Below, in pieces: positions 43,775 through 54,446 of a DNA stretch of 64,000 nt. Source of the stretch: Massalongia carnosa (taxonomy: Eukaryota). The notes beneath the pieces are model-generated. The model had not been told where the DNA came from and searched no databases. It was given only the letters and a program-made list of their open reading frames with translations. Location: positions 1,054,001 through 1,118,000 of the forward strand of contig OZ287067.1 of the NCBI GenBank assembly GCA_965645245.1, in the 5' to 3' direction. How positions within the stretch are numbered: position 1 is the first letter of the stretch; every line of letters begins with the position of its first letter. A program made the position numbers and the translations under genes.

Positions 43775-44953
43775 ACAAAAGAGGTGAATGAGAAACGAGG
43801 AACGGAGCACCACCTGAACACGGGTGAGGTGTTCGTAATGTGACGAGGCGGCAACGGGGGCCTATTCAGGTGGTGAAGGTGGTGGCATTGCTAGCTATGA
43901 CTATACTAGATAGACAAGACGAACACAAGGAAGAAAGCATCAATTGCTGCAGAGATTTTCCATGTAACTCCCGGAACCCATTTCCTTACCTGAATGCGGT
44001 TAGCTCCCCACTAAGGCTAACGCGATACCTAAAACATTTAGCGTGTCGGGAGGTATCGCTTAGCAGAGCATCTCGCGCTCACACCATGACAGATAAAACG
44101 AGACACAGAAAAACGTCGCGATTGAATCTTTCGCATGCTCAATGAAAAGTGAAATAAAAATATGATTCAGTCATACAAGAAAGAAAAGAACGTCAGCGTC
44201 ATGATATGCGTTACTTTTTGAAGAAATGATCGTTTCGATTTGATGAAAATGATTCATGATTCAATCACTCAGCGAGAAGACTATTTCGTTAACTTTTATC
44301 TGCATATTTTGAACGAAAATTTTCGAGAAATTTGAGAATCGAGTTTCACGTTCATGCAGAACAATGCATTCATTCATATCGTCAAAAAGATAAAGAAATG
44401 ATTTGAAGACAATGAAATAATGATCATCGATTGATCTTCTTATTCTTCTGATTTGAATTCAATCGAGCATCTCTGATTCAGGCTCAAAGAACTCGTGTAT
44501 CAGGTTCATTCTGACATAGAAGACGTCGAAGATGATGATGAAAACGTTCGAATCGTTTTATTTGATGCTTTACAGCAAGCGTGACACATGATTAATACGA
44601 AACATATGAATGATTTGATAAGAAGTATGAATAATCGAGTGCAGATCGTTATAGCTGCGAAAAAATGATACACTCGATTTTAATCGATCAAATTGAGTTG
44701 AAATCTGATGTATATATTCTATGTAATCACTGCAGAAAGGTACTTGTCATTTCAAAAATTATGAGAGTGTTTTTGAATAGATGATCGAAAGAGTGATGAT
44801 GATGAGATAGATGAGGTCGCGGAAACTTTTGTTCAGGGACTGTACAGCGGCTGGCTAAAATATGAGATAACAAATTTATATTTTATTGGCCGTCAAGGTA
44901 ATCGAGTGTGCACACACCTCGGCAGCCGGCCAGCAAGCAATACAACTCGATTC

Positions 44954-45277
44954 GAGGCTGTGGTGCATAAAGCTCAGCTGAGCTTTTTGACCCACTGCCC
45001 CCTAATGCAACTCACCCCCGAATGCATCTCATCCCCGAATGCAACGTACCCCCTAATGCAACCGGTATTTGAAAATAGATCTACGATCGCGCATTTGACT
45101 ATTTAAAGTAGACTTTGTATATTCAAGGTATGCAGAATTACTATATCTATTACTTTTATATACATCAATTTTTGTTTTAACTAACTTGAATATTTGGTGG
45201 TCGGTGGGTGGTGCATGAAGTTGCATTAGGGAGCAGTGGGTAAGAAAGCTCAGCTGAGCTTTATGCACCACAGCCTC
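44954..45277. repeat. MITE-like inverted-repeat element upstream of the NLR gene
   Basis: About 59-bp imperfect inverted repeats at 44954-45012 and 45219-45277, each containing the palindrome AAAGCTCAGCTGAGCTTT. AT-rich interior. No TSD seen. Confidence 0.65.
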
Positions 45278-45430
45278 ATGTCGTGTCGTGTTTCTTCGGT
45301 CTTCCTACGATTAAATCGTGGGATTCAAGCCTTGCACGTGCACCCACGCTTACGGAGGGCTAGCTGCCCCAAAATATGACTTGATCGCATTCACTCGTGT
45401 TTCCTTTCTCCTAATCCTAAGTCTTTAGCA

Positions 45431-48400
45431 ATGGCGTCTCGGAATGATTACACTGTGGGATGGATTTGCGCTCTTTACTTGGAGTTAGCGGCTGCCAAGG
45501 CGACGTTGGACCAGATCCATCCCAACCTACCCGCAGATCCAGCAGCAAACGACACAGATGCCTACGTCCTCGGAAGCATCAGCGGTCACAATGTCGTGGT
45601 CGCTTGTTTATCCTCCGGCGAGACTGGACCCGTGTCAGCGTCTATTATGGCCGCTCAGATGCGGGTGGACTTTAGCGCTATCCGATGGATGCTGACGGTT
45701 GGGATTGCAGGAGGGGTGCCGAGCTCGAAAGCAGATATTCGTCTTGGCGACATTGTGGTGCATAGACCGACAGCGGATAGTCCCAGTAGTCTCACACACA
45801 ATGCTAAGAAGGGACCCACGAACGACCAGCAGCTCACAATAACGACTTTGAATAAACCATCAAACCTACTCCTCACAGCAACTGGACGCGTTGAGACGAC
45901 TGCCATCCTGGGCAAAAGTCAAATTCCGCGTCATATCTCAGACATTGTACAGAAGGACTCTAGCTTTGCGCGTCCAGATTCAACACAAGACATTCTTTTC
46001 CAACCGGACTACGATTATGTTAAGGGCGAGGATGACTGCGATCATTGCGATCTCGGTAGGGTTGTTGTCCGCCAGCCGCGAGACACGCAAAATCCCAAAG
46101 TATATTATGGCTTGATCGCGTCCAGTAACCAGGACGTACGTGATGGCTCGATTCGCGATAATTTGGCGGCCAAGCACGGGATCCTTGCTTTCGGAGCAGA
46201 GGCAGCGGAGTTCGAAGATGCGGACACCGTCGTGGTGATTCGAGGAATCTGCGACTATGCAGATTCACACAAGAGCAAGATTTGGCAGGGTTGTGCGGCC
46301 GCCGCTGCTGCCGCATACGCCAAGGAGATGCTATCGTTGATTTCCGCAGCCTCGCGGAAGATCTCTCCAGCGACTGCCATAGACTCGAGTGTTGCCGTTA
46401 TTCTTGACGCTTTGCTCTTGACCAGACCTGATGTCGATCGAAGCTCCCTTATCGCGCTGAAAGGGCGGAGGGTAGAGGGGACCTGCGACTGGATCGTTCG
46501 ACACCCTCGCTATCGGCAGTGGTTAGAGGGGGACGAAGCACCGCTTCTACGAATTTTGGGGGGACCTGGGAAAGGAAAGACGATGCTGGCCATTTTTCTC
46601 ACGGAGGAGCTGCAGCCAATTGTTGACTCAACAAATGATATTCTCCTTTACTACTTCTGTGCTAAACGAGATATGAGGCGAAAGTCGGCAATCACAATTC
46701 TGAGAGGTGTGCTATACCAATGGCTCAGTTTGCAGCCCAACTTGGCTGACCACATTCATCATTATTTCGATGGATCTGAGAAAACCAAGTATACTGTTTC
46801 CAGCTTTGAATCCTTATGGGAGCTCCTCCTGATTTTTCTGAACCAAATGGGTCCTTGTAATATAGTATGCGTTCTGGATGGCCTCGATGAGTGTGAAGAA
46901 GAGTCTCTCAAGCAGCTTCTAGATGCTCTTGACAATCATTTCCTCGAGTCAGACAAGGGACCAAAAGCACTTCTAAAAGTAATACTTGTCTCCCGTCCGC
47001 AGCCAGAGTTCATCGAGACTAAGCTTCACCGATTTCCACGGATCGCGCTCGAAGACTCGAACGTAGAGGTGGGACAAGACGTCGAGAAATACATCTTCGC
47101 CAAAGTTGCCGAGCTGGCATCCGAGCAAAGTCTATCAGAGGATAAGCTATTGCAAATTCGGCAGACCATGATGGCGAATGCCGAGGGAACCTTTCTATGG
47201 GTAGGGTTTGTGGCAGATGAGCTCAAGGGAAGGAGTTGGCGGAAGATAAGTGATATTCTTCATGGTGTGCCAAAAGGCCTTGGGGGAATATATCGACGAC
47301 TCCTCCACCAGATCCAAGACAAAGACAAGCTGCTTCCCATTCTTCAATGGGTTGTTCTCGCGAGTCGACCATTGACAGTACACGAGCTGGCAATGGCAGT
47401 AGAACTTCAGGATTCCGATATCCCGATGTCCGCAGAAGTTGTGAAAGATCGACTTGCAGCGTGCGGTTTAATGGTGAAAATTGACGATGATGTGGTCAAT
47501 CTCGTTCATGAATCGGCACGAGACTTCTTTCAGAGCGACCAGGTCAAAAGTGAAGATATCGATGTCTTCTACATGGATTTCAATACCCATCGGACTCTCT
47601 TGAGGACGTGTCTGAATATCATCGAAAAGAATTACAAAGGTTCAGGCAGTATCAGTGACGCAACCCGCCACAATAAACTCTTGACATACGCGAGCCTCCA
47701 CTGGCCAGATCATTTCCGCTACATATTCAATTCGCCCGAGGCTCGATCTGAGCTCTCGCGTCAGTTCTTTCGACGGGAAACTCAAGTTCGTGAGGATTGG
47801 TGGAGATTCTATTGGGAGCGGGAGCAATACGGCGGAGCTCCGCCCAAATTCACGCTGCTGCACCTAGCAGCCTTTCTCGGGAATCTTGAATGGGCGAAGA
47901 TTTTACTCAAGCGTCATTCTGACGATGATATGTCTTTTCACCGTCCCGTCTCTCAGGTTGATAGTGATGGCCGAACGCCACTCTTCTGGGCCGCCGCCCG
48001 AGGCCATCGAGAAGTTGCAGAGCTGTTACTCGACCACGGTGCCAGGATCAATGCTAGAGATCGAAACCAATTGAGCGCACTTCATATCGCAATTACTGGA
48101 GTGCACAAGGAAGTAGTGTCTCTACTGCTGGATAGATCAGCACGCGTGGAAGGAAAGGATAATAACGGCGATACTCCACTGAATCGAGCTGTCCAAGTTG
48201 GCGCCAAGGATATCGTCAAGCTGCTCCTGGAGCATGGAGCCAGGATAGACAGACTACCCGGGACCATCACTTTGAGTGAATCCCAAACTTCAGTGGAAGA
48301 GCGTACGAGAGAGCTACTACAGCTTCAAGATCAGCTTCTTGCTGCGCGATTTAAAGATCAATCAAAGCTGGTCACCCTCATGCTCAAAATATGGACGGCT

Positions 48401-49423
48401 TCCCTGCATGTATCGCCGGTCTTCCATCTGGTTTCGTCATACTTCAGACACTGGACGAACAAACGCCGCTGGTTCGTGCTCCAAGATCTGGTCAAGAACA
48501 ACGAAACGACCAAATTGCGGAAATGGACGCAGACGTTCATGGTTTTGGGCAATCAGCTGGCAGGAGATCGAAATGCCAAAAACGTGGAAACTGTGTTAGG
48601 CCTCACGGTTCGAGTATTCAACGAGGTTTCCATCCCAAGTCTATCAGCTCTTCTAATTATGGGAATCTTAGTGGGCTCGACCTTTCTCTTATCAACGGTT
48701 CAACACGGAAGATGGAGAGAGGGAATGGACATAATCAGTCGGATATATGCGGAATGGTGTGTTATAGCCTTTCGAAAAAACACCACCGAGGCGTTGGATA
48801 GTGGACTTCGTCAGTATTTAGCCGATCTCGACACTTGTATGCGAGGTAAAAAAGAGGAGGAGACGGTGGATCGATTAGAAGTCTGGTTCAACTCGTTATA
48901 CGGCATTCTTTGCACCCGGCAGCAGCCAATTATCGAATACATATTCGCCCTGACCACCGAATATTTCGAGGGCCACATTGGCGGAGTTTGGGAAGAAGTA
49001 ACCTTCCGAGACGCCAGTCAAGCCTTTGCCTACGAACTCGATTTCATCAACGAGCGCCAAGATTCCTCCCGACTATCGTCCTATCTCTCCATGTTTTTCA
49101 AAATGGCCAACAAGAGCGCGAGCAAAGAGAACCGCGACTGGCTCTTCGATCTGCCTCCCGCGTCGTGTCTGATTCTCTGTCAAAACAACAACAACCCCAG
49201 CACCTACCGCTGGTTGATCTGCGAGGGATTGCCGGAGACATGGAGTAATTTGATTTTCCAAGAACAAGGGCCGGCTCAAAGGCCGGCTTTCAAGGCTTTT
49301 GCGGGATGTCTGATCGTTGGGAAGCAGTATGGATTGTCGTTGACTGCGGCGTCGAGGAAAATGGTGAAGAGCAATCTGGATTCGATTGAAGGGTTGGATG
49401 GAATGCTGGATCAGATTTCCTAA
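45431..49423 (+). CDS. Fungal NLR-like protein: PNP_UDP phosphorylase domain - NACHT - winged helix - 4 ankyrin repeats - unknown C-terminal domain (1330 aa)
   Basis: PNP motifs YTVGWICAL, GIAGG and IRGICDYADSHK. Walker A GGPGKGKT, Walker B CVLDGLDEC, GTFLWV, LVHESARDF. Ankyrin repeats such as DGRTPLFWAAARGH. Confidence 0.92.
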   Translation: MASRNDYTVGWICALYLELAAAKATLDQIHPNLPADPAANDTDAYVLGSISGHNVVVACLSSGETGPVSASIMAAQMRVDFSAIRWMLTVGIAGGVPSSKADIRLGDIVVHRPTADSPSSLTHNAKKGPTNDQQLTITTLNKPSNLLLTATGRVETTAILGKSQIPRHISDIVQKDSSFARPDSTQDILFQPDYDYVKGEDDCDHCDLGRVVVRQPRDTQNPKVYYGLIASSNQDVRDGSIRDNLAAKHGILAFGAEAAEFEDADTVVVIRGICDYADSHKSKIWQGCAAAAAAAYAKEMLSLISAASRKISPATAIDSSVAVILDALLLTRPDVDRSSLIALKGRRVEGTCDWIVRHPRYRQWLEGDEAPLLRILGGPGKGKTMLAIFLTEELQPIVDSTNDILLYYFCAKRDMRRKSAITILRGVLYQWLSLQPNLADHIHHYFDGSEKTKYTVSSFESLWELLLIFLNQMGPCNIVCVLDGLDECEEESLKQLLDALDNHFLESDKGPKALLKVILVSRPQPEFIETKLHRFPRIALEDSNVEVGQDVEKYIFAKVAELASEQSLSEDKLLQIRQTMMANAEGTFLWVGFVADELKGRSWRKISDILHGVPKGLGGIYRRLLHQIQDKDKLLPILQWVVLASRPLTVHELAMAVELQDSDIPMSAEVVKDRLAACGLMVKIDDDVVNLVHESARDFFQSDQVKSEDIDVFYMDFNTHRTLLRTCLNIIEKNYKGSGSISDATRHNKLLTYASLHWPDHFRYIFNSPEARSELSRQFFRRETQVREDWWRFYWEREQYGGAPPKFTLLHLAAFLGNLEWAKILLKRHSDDDMSFHRPVSQVDSDGRTPLFWAAARGHREVAELLLDHGARINARDRNQLSALHIAITGVHKEVVSLLLDRSARVEGKDNNGDTPLNRAVQVGAKDIVKLLLEHGARIDRLPGTITLSESQTSVEERTRELLQLQDQLLAARFKDQSKLVTLMLKIWTASLHVSPVFHLVSSYFRHWTNKRRWFVLQDLVKNNETTKLRKWTQTFMVLGNQLAGDRNAKNVETVLGLTVRVFNEVSIPSLSALLIMGILVGSTFLLSTVQHGRWREGMDIISRIYAEWCVIAFRKNTTEALDSGLRQYLADLDTCMRGKKEEETVDRLEVWFNSLYGILCTRQQPIIEYIFALTTEYFEGHIGGVWEEVTFRDASQAFAYELDFINERQDSSRLSSYLSMFFKMANKSASKENRDWLFDLPPASCLILCQNNNNPSTYRWLICEGLPETWSNLIFQEQGPAQRPAFKAFAGCLIVGKQYGLSLTAASRKMVKSNLDSIEGLDGMLDQIS

Positions 49424-52400
49424 GTGAGCACGCTTTTGGTCTTATCGGTATATTGAGATGGGTTCAATATGTAATTAATATGTTTACTTTTTGATTTCTT
49501 TCTTAATTGTATTATTTTACTTTCAGAATATTATTATATATTATATAGATATTTGTTGGCGATATGCATCTCGATGTGCATCCTTCTGACGACCACTACT
49601 TTCGTCTTATTATGTAAGAGTCAGAGGTGACCTTCGGTTGGTCCTCGGAGAGCGGAGTGTCAAGGACAAAGAGGCAGTATGTAATCAGGTAGATTAAACT
49701 AGCTAGTACGGCGCACTGTTTACAAAAGTGCTTCTATTGATTCAGATCGTAACATGAGTTGAAAACGATGGTTCAGTACAGAATGATGAGCAGTTTTGGG
49801 ATGAGGACAACATCTCGATACGCCTAGGACAAGGCACAATACAGTCAAAGCCACTGCGATGGTAATGAATAGAGCAGCGGCAAATAATGGCTGTTTCCGG
49901 CAGCGAAGACGCCCACGCTTATGGCTTTTGAGACGACGCGTGATAGATAGGGCATGCAAGCTAGAGATGACTTCAAGCGAGATGAGATGAGAGCGTAGAA
50001 GGGGCACACATGATGAGGACTAAGGTTCATTTCTATTTTTTTGACGACCTGACCTTTGCAGTTAAGGCCCGCTTTAAGCGAAGCGAATCTAAGATTTCTG
50101 TGGAGCGAACTGAGGAGGTTTCTTTGAACAAAAGGAACTTTTTCGAAAGTCTCTAATGGTGGATGTCATTGTATTGTCCTCCTTGACGCCTGAACTAGTT
50201 ACATCTGAGGCTGTTGGACCTTGTTCTGATCGACGGGCAAGAGGTGCATCTTCACTAACTCGCATTTGAGGAGCACGAGATACACAACAGAGTCCACTTG
50301 CTCGTAAATGGCACACTGGCAAAATTCTCTAGTAGAGATGATAAGGGCGACCATGAGATACCAGAAGAGCATCCAGCCCCAGGACTATGAAGCCTTGATA
50401 AGCAATCGTTCGTTCTCCCAAAACAAAGAATCGGTATGACTAGCCTACCTGACACCACCATACGACAATCGAGCCGGACTGCGTGGACCAGCATGCGCCG
50501 AGCAAGGTTCCAAGCCAAAAGCATTGCAGTATGATATCGTACCATATCCGGACGTACTTTGTACCACCTCTCATATCTTTTTCTATTTCTTCTACGTCTT
50601 CTTCTCCACTATGGGTCGCGATCATACCGCCATATGCGGAGGTAGAGGTGCTCAGTTCACAGTCGCTAACTTCTGTTGGGACAATGTTTCTTCCCAAAGG
50701 AGAGAAGCATAGACAAAACACCGGCAATGGGCATCAACTTGTAGACAATCCAAAGTTCCTATGTAGGTGATCCGATAAGGCGCCCGCGGTAGGGAGAAGG
50801 ATGAGAGCTCCTGAAGAGTCATTAGTCTCAGCATTTTTTAGAGGCCCCAACAGCGGACATGGCTGTGCTGAGATTTGAAAAGCGTTGAGCTCGGTCTGTT
50901 CTTACACGGATCGAATTAGCGGTATTACTGCGTTTGCGCCAATCGAAAAGGTTTAGGAGAGTCTTAACGTCAGCAACGACTGCTGGGTCAGTCGAGTTGA
51001 GAGTAGAGTTTAGTGATTGTGTGGCAGGCAACGAGGCAGAGGCTTTGGGGAGAAGTGCCGATATCTCGAATGAAGACGAGGTAACGTGTTGAGACAATAT
51101 TTCTGTACGACGGATAGTAGCTCTTGTAATTTGTTTGATCGCTGAAGAAAGCGAAGAGCTTTCAGCAAGTTTTGGGGACTTTGACTTCGAATAAGTCATA
51201 GACGTGCTGTGTAGATATGTTTATACGAAGCTTGCCGAGGCGAACTATACATGTGGCTGCAACACTTGGCAATTAGATCGCCTGGATGGTGGCTGGGTAC
51301 AATGCGTATACTAGCTTGATCGTATAGGGTGGCTCAAAGATGTGTGCAAGACCTTCTTGAGAACGAGAAATGGTAGGCGAGTAATACTTCAGCCTTGAGC
51401 TTGGGGTTATTTTTATCGGATCAATGACCCATCTGAGATGATGCACGAAGACTCTTCATTCTATTGAGTAATCCGGTCCAAAAAAGCCATAGCGGCACGG
51501 TTTTCACAAGAGCTTGCGTGTGGAGGGACCAGGCTTGATGGACCCTCGTGTGCTTGCTATTAACGGCTGAGGAACACCACCCCAACAAGTTGAGGGGGGG
51601 TTGCATGGGGGATCCACACAGGGCAGGTGATTGCCACGGTAGTTGGCCCCGCTGAAACAGAAGTCCTTTGGTGGATCAAAGGATAGTCCAGGTTACGTCG
51701 CAACTACTCACACGACGGCGGAAATTTGCAATTCTCGTTCGATCCATCAGCGAGGAAGAAACGACGGCGAAGTCCTGATTCTGCTCTGCAAGGAATGAAA
51801 ACCCTGTCGAAGCAGCACACCTACAAGTACTATCGGCCATAGGATTGAGGCTCAAGTTACCTAAGATTGTCATTAATGAAGAATGCTCCGAAAATCTATG
51901 CGCATCAATGCCCAATTTGGCAGAAGGCTGTGTGGCTTGGGAGAGCAGGGCGATTGCCGTATGCGAGCGGATTGGCTACTTTATATCCGGGGCCAAATAC
52001 CGCGGTCAGACACAGGGTCCAGAGTTTGCATGCAGGCTGGATGTCTTCGACGTTACAAGATATGCGGCATGGCAGTATGTGAGCCATTAGATACGTCCCA
52101 CAACTGTAAGCTGGATGAGCATTGGTCCCGTAAGTCTTAATAGTAACGTAACCGTTATGAGTCTTATCAATGCTCTTTCTCCGCGATCCGTGCGATACTA
52201 TCGCAATGTCCAGCCAGTTTTGGAAGTTGCAAGTCCTGCTGTAGGCTGCGGGTGGGAATATACATGTTTTCAGTACCCAAAGGCGTGTGTGTAGAATCGT
52301 CGATCCAAAACCAAGTCATAAAAAGCTGCATTAGCGTTGAATGCGAGCATACAGATCTAGAATTCCAAGAGACCAGCCGCTTCGTTGAGTCTTTTTCAAG

Positions 52401-54446
52401 CGTGATCATAAGTTGCTGGGCCGTCTTCTAGCCCCTGGGGACGTAGCCTTATATCCCGGAGTAAGCAGATACTAGATACCTTACCATCCTGTGCTGTAGC
52501 CTTATTGCAGTCCTCGTCCTCTCTAGCTCCTTCTCCAAGCATCTTATTACATTTTGAGGCGTCATCTCTAGATTCAGCAGGCTTCCAGAGACTCGAATCT
52601 GTCTGCGGGGACAATTATTACTGCCTTGCAATTTTCGAAGTTGTATTAATTTTCAGCCTCACTTCGCAAGGGTTCGACGTGTGGCAGCCTGCAGGATGAT
52701 GAGGAGGCGGTGAGACAATGTTGCATGGGCAGCGCACATCGTACCAATAGCACAGTACAGTCCCTGGACAAAAGTTTCCGCGATTAAGCGAGATTTCGTG
52801 ATTTTCGTGTCGCGATCTCATCAACCCATCATTTGTAAATAATTCTATCATAATGAAACGAACTCCTTTAGCTATCATATCTTCAAATCGTGTTTTCAAG
52901 ACTGAGCTGACTTCTTATCAAAGAGGAATTTTGATAGAAGCAGCTAGTTTGAGAGCTACATCAGTTGAAATTCAGAAGATCTCTGGAATTCGAGAATCAA
53001 CGATCAGATACACTCTTGCTCAAGCCTCATCACGTAACAACAATGTCAGTAAACCTCGATTCGATCGTTTCAAATCAATCAGTGATCGCGATAAACGTCA
53101 CATCATAAGAACTGCACGCCTCGAGCTCAAAATAATCTACAGAGAACTGATGAAAAAGATCGAGATCAAATTTCATCGCAAAATCATCTATCGAGTTCTC
53201 AAAGAGTATGACATCATCAATTGATTGATCAAAAAACGATCTCTACTCACTCTCGAGATGACTGCGAAAAGATATGCATGATGCTGAGAGCGACGAGACT
53301 GAACTTATGACGAATGAAAACTTTATATTTGAAGCGACGAATGTTCGATAAAACGAGGCACAGAAAAACGTCGCGATTGAGTCTTTCGCATGCTCAATGA
53401 AAAGTGAAATGAAGATATGATTCAGTCATACTGTAAGAGTCAGACCTGGCGATTAGCAGACACCAGGCCTAGGGATATGTGACAATGTGAAGACACTAAT
53501 GATTTGCTATACTAATATACTAAAAGAAGTATGTAGGTAAAGCGGAAGACTAATCGTTGAAGATTGCATCTCCCTCGAGCAGCCTCCTTATATACCCGGA
53601 CCGAAGCCCTTGACCCTCTGGGCCCTTGATACTGTAACTATCTTGACCGCCCATTACTCCTACCGGATAAGCCGGCTAAACACTCTGCTGACTGCATCGT
53701 GGACACTGTGCTGACTGTATCGTAGACACTGTGCTGACTGTATCGTAGACACTGTGCTGACTGTATCGTGGACACTGTGCTGACTGTATCGTACCATCCG
53801 CTCACTAATCGTACGAGCATCCTCGTATATCTCGATCGCTCGTACTATACTCTCGGCAGTAGATACCAGCCGCGTAACGCAGACCAACTGCTTTCCATAT
53901 GACTAAGCCTAGCCGTAGAACTAAGGCCCGCTTAGTTAGCTTAGCCCTTATTCCTTCTATGCCCTGACAATTGCCTCCTCTCCTATAGTGCTGGTCCTCC
54001 AGCACGTACAGTACTCGAACGCGGAAGGGAGTGTGTAGGGACGTGATAGAAGATGTCGCGTAGATAGCAAGTTTGTTGTGTAGAAAGCGCGAATACCTGG
54101 CGCTTGACGTAGGTAGATGTAAATATCACTAGCTTCTCGGTAATGCTGGGTCGCCGATGCCGCTCCGAGCGCTAGAAGTAGCGGAGAAGGGGACGATGGC
54201 GATTATCAGCAGAGATCCGAGCTCGGTAACGCTAGCGTTGGTGGTTTGTTGATTTAGGTGAAGACGGTGAGGAGTACGAGACTGTTGTCTCCGAAAGCTC
54301 CTCCAGCGAGAGTCTCACGGAAGAAAAGGGTGATGAGGAGTCGGACGAGGAAGTAGAAGATACTGATGGTGATGATGAGGTGCCGGACGAGAAAGCAGAA
54401 GGTTCCGATGGTGATGAGATGGCGAATAAGAAGGGTTTCGCTGGAT

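Larger units (their letters stand above)
38240..44091 (-). mobile_element. Ty3/Gypsy chromovirus E, intact, 5852 bp
   Basis: 253-bp LTRs at 38240-38492 and 43839-44091. TSD GATAA. Polypurine tract GAAGGGGGAG. Inserted in the Tc1 transposase relic. Confidence 0.96.
10144..44842 (+). mobile_element. Tc1/mariner family 2, copy 1 (1340 bp net), split into 10144-10396, 37894-38239 and 44092-44842 by nested LTR elements
   Basis: TA at 10142-43 and 44843-44. Near-perfect 26-bp TIR CAGTCCCTGGA.AAAAGTTTCCGCGA. The fragments are colinear with copy 2 and the net length is identical once inserts and TSDs are removed. Confidence 0.93.

Noticed and set aside
49613..49760. TGTAAGAGTCAGA matching the start of the D LTR, possible solo LTR
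   Set aside because: The match stops after 13 bp and no matching end or TSD was found.
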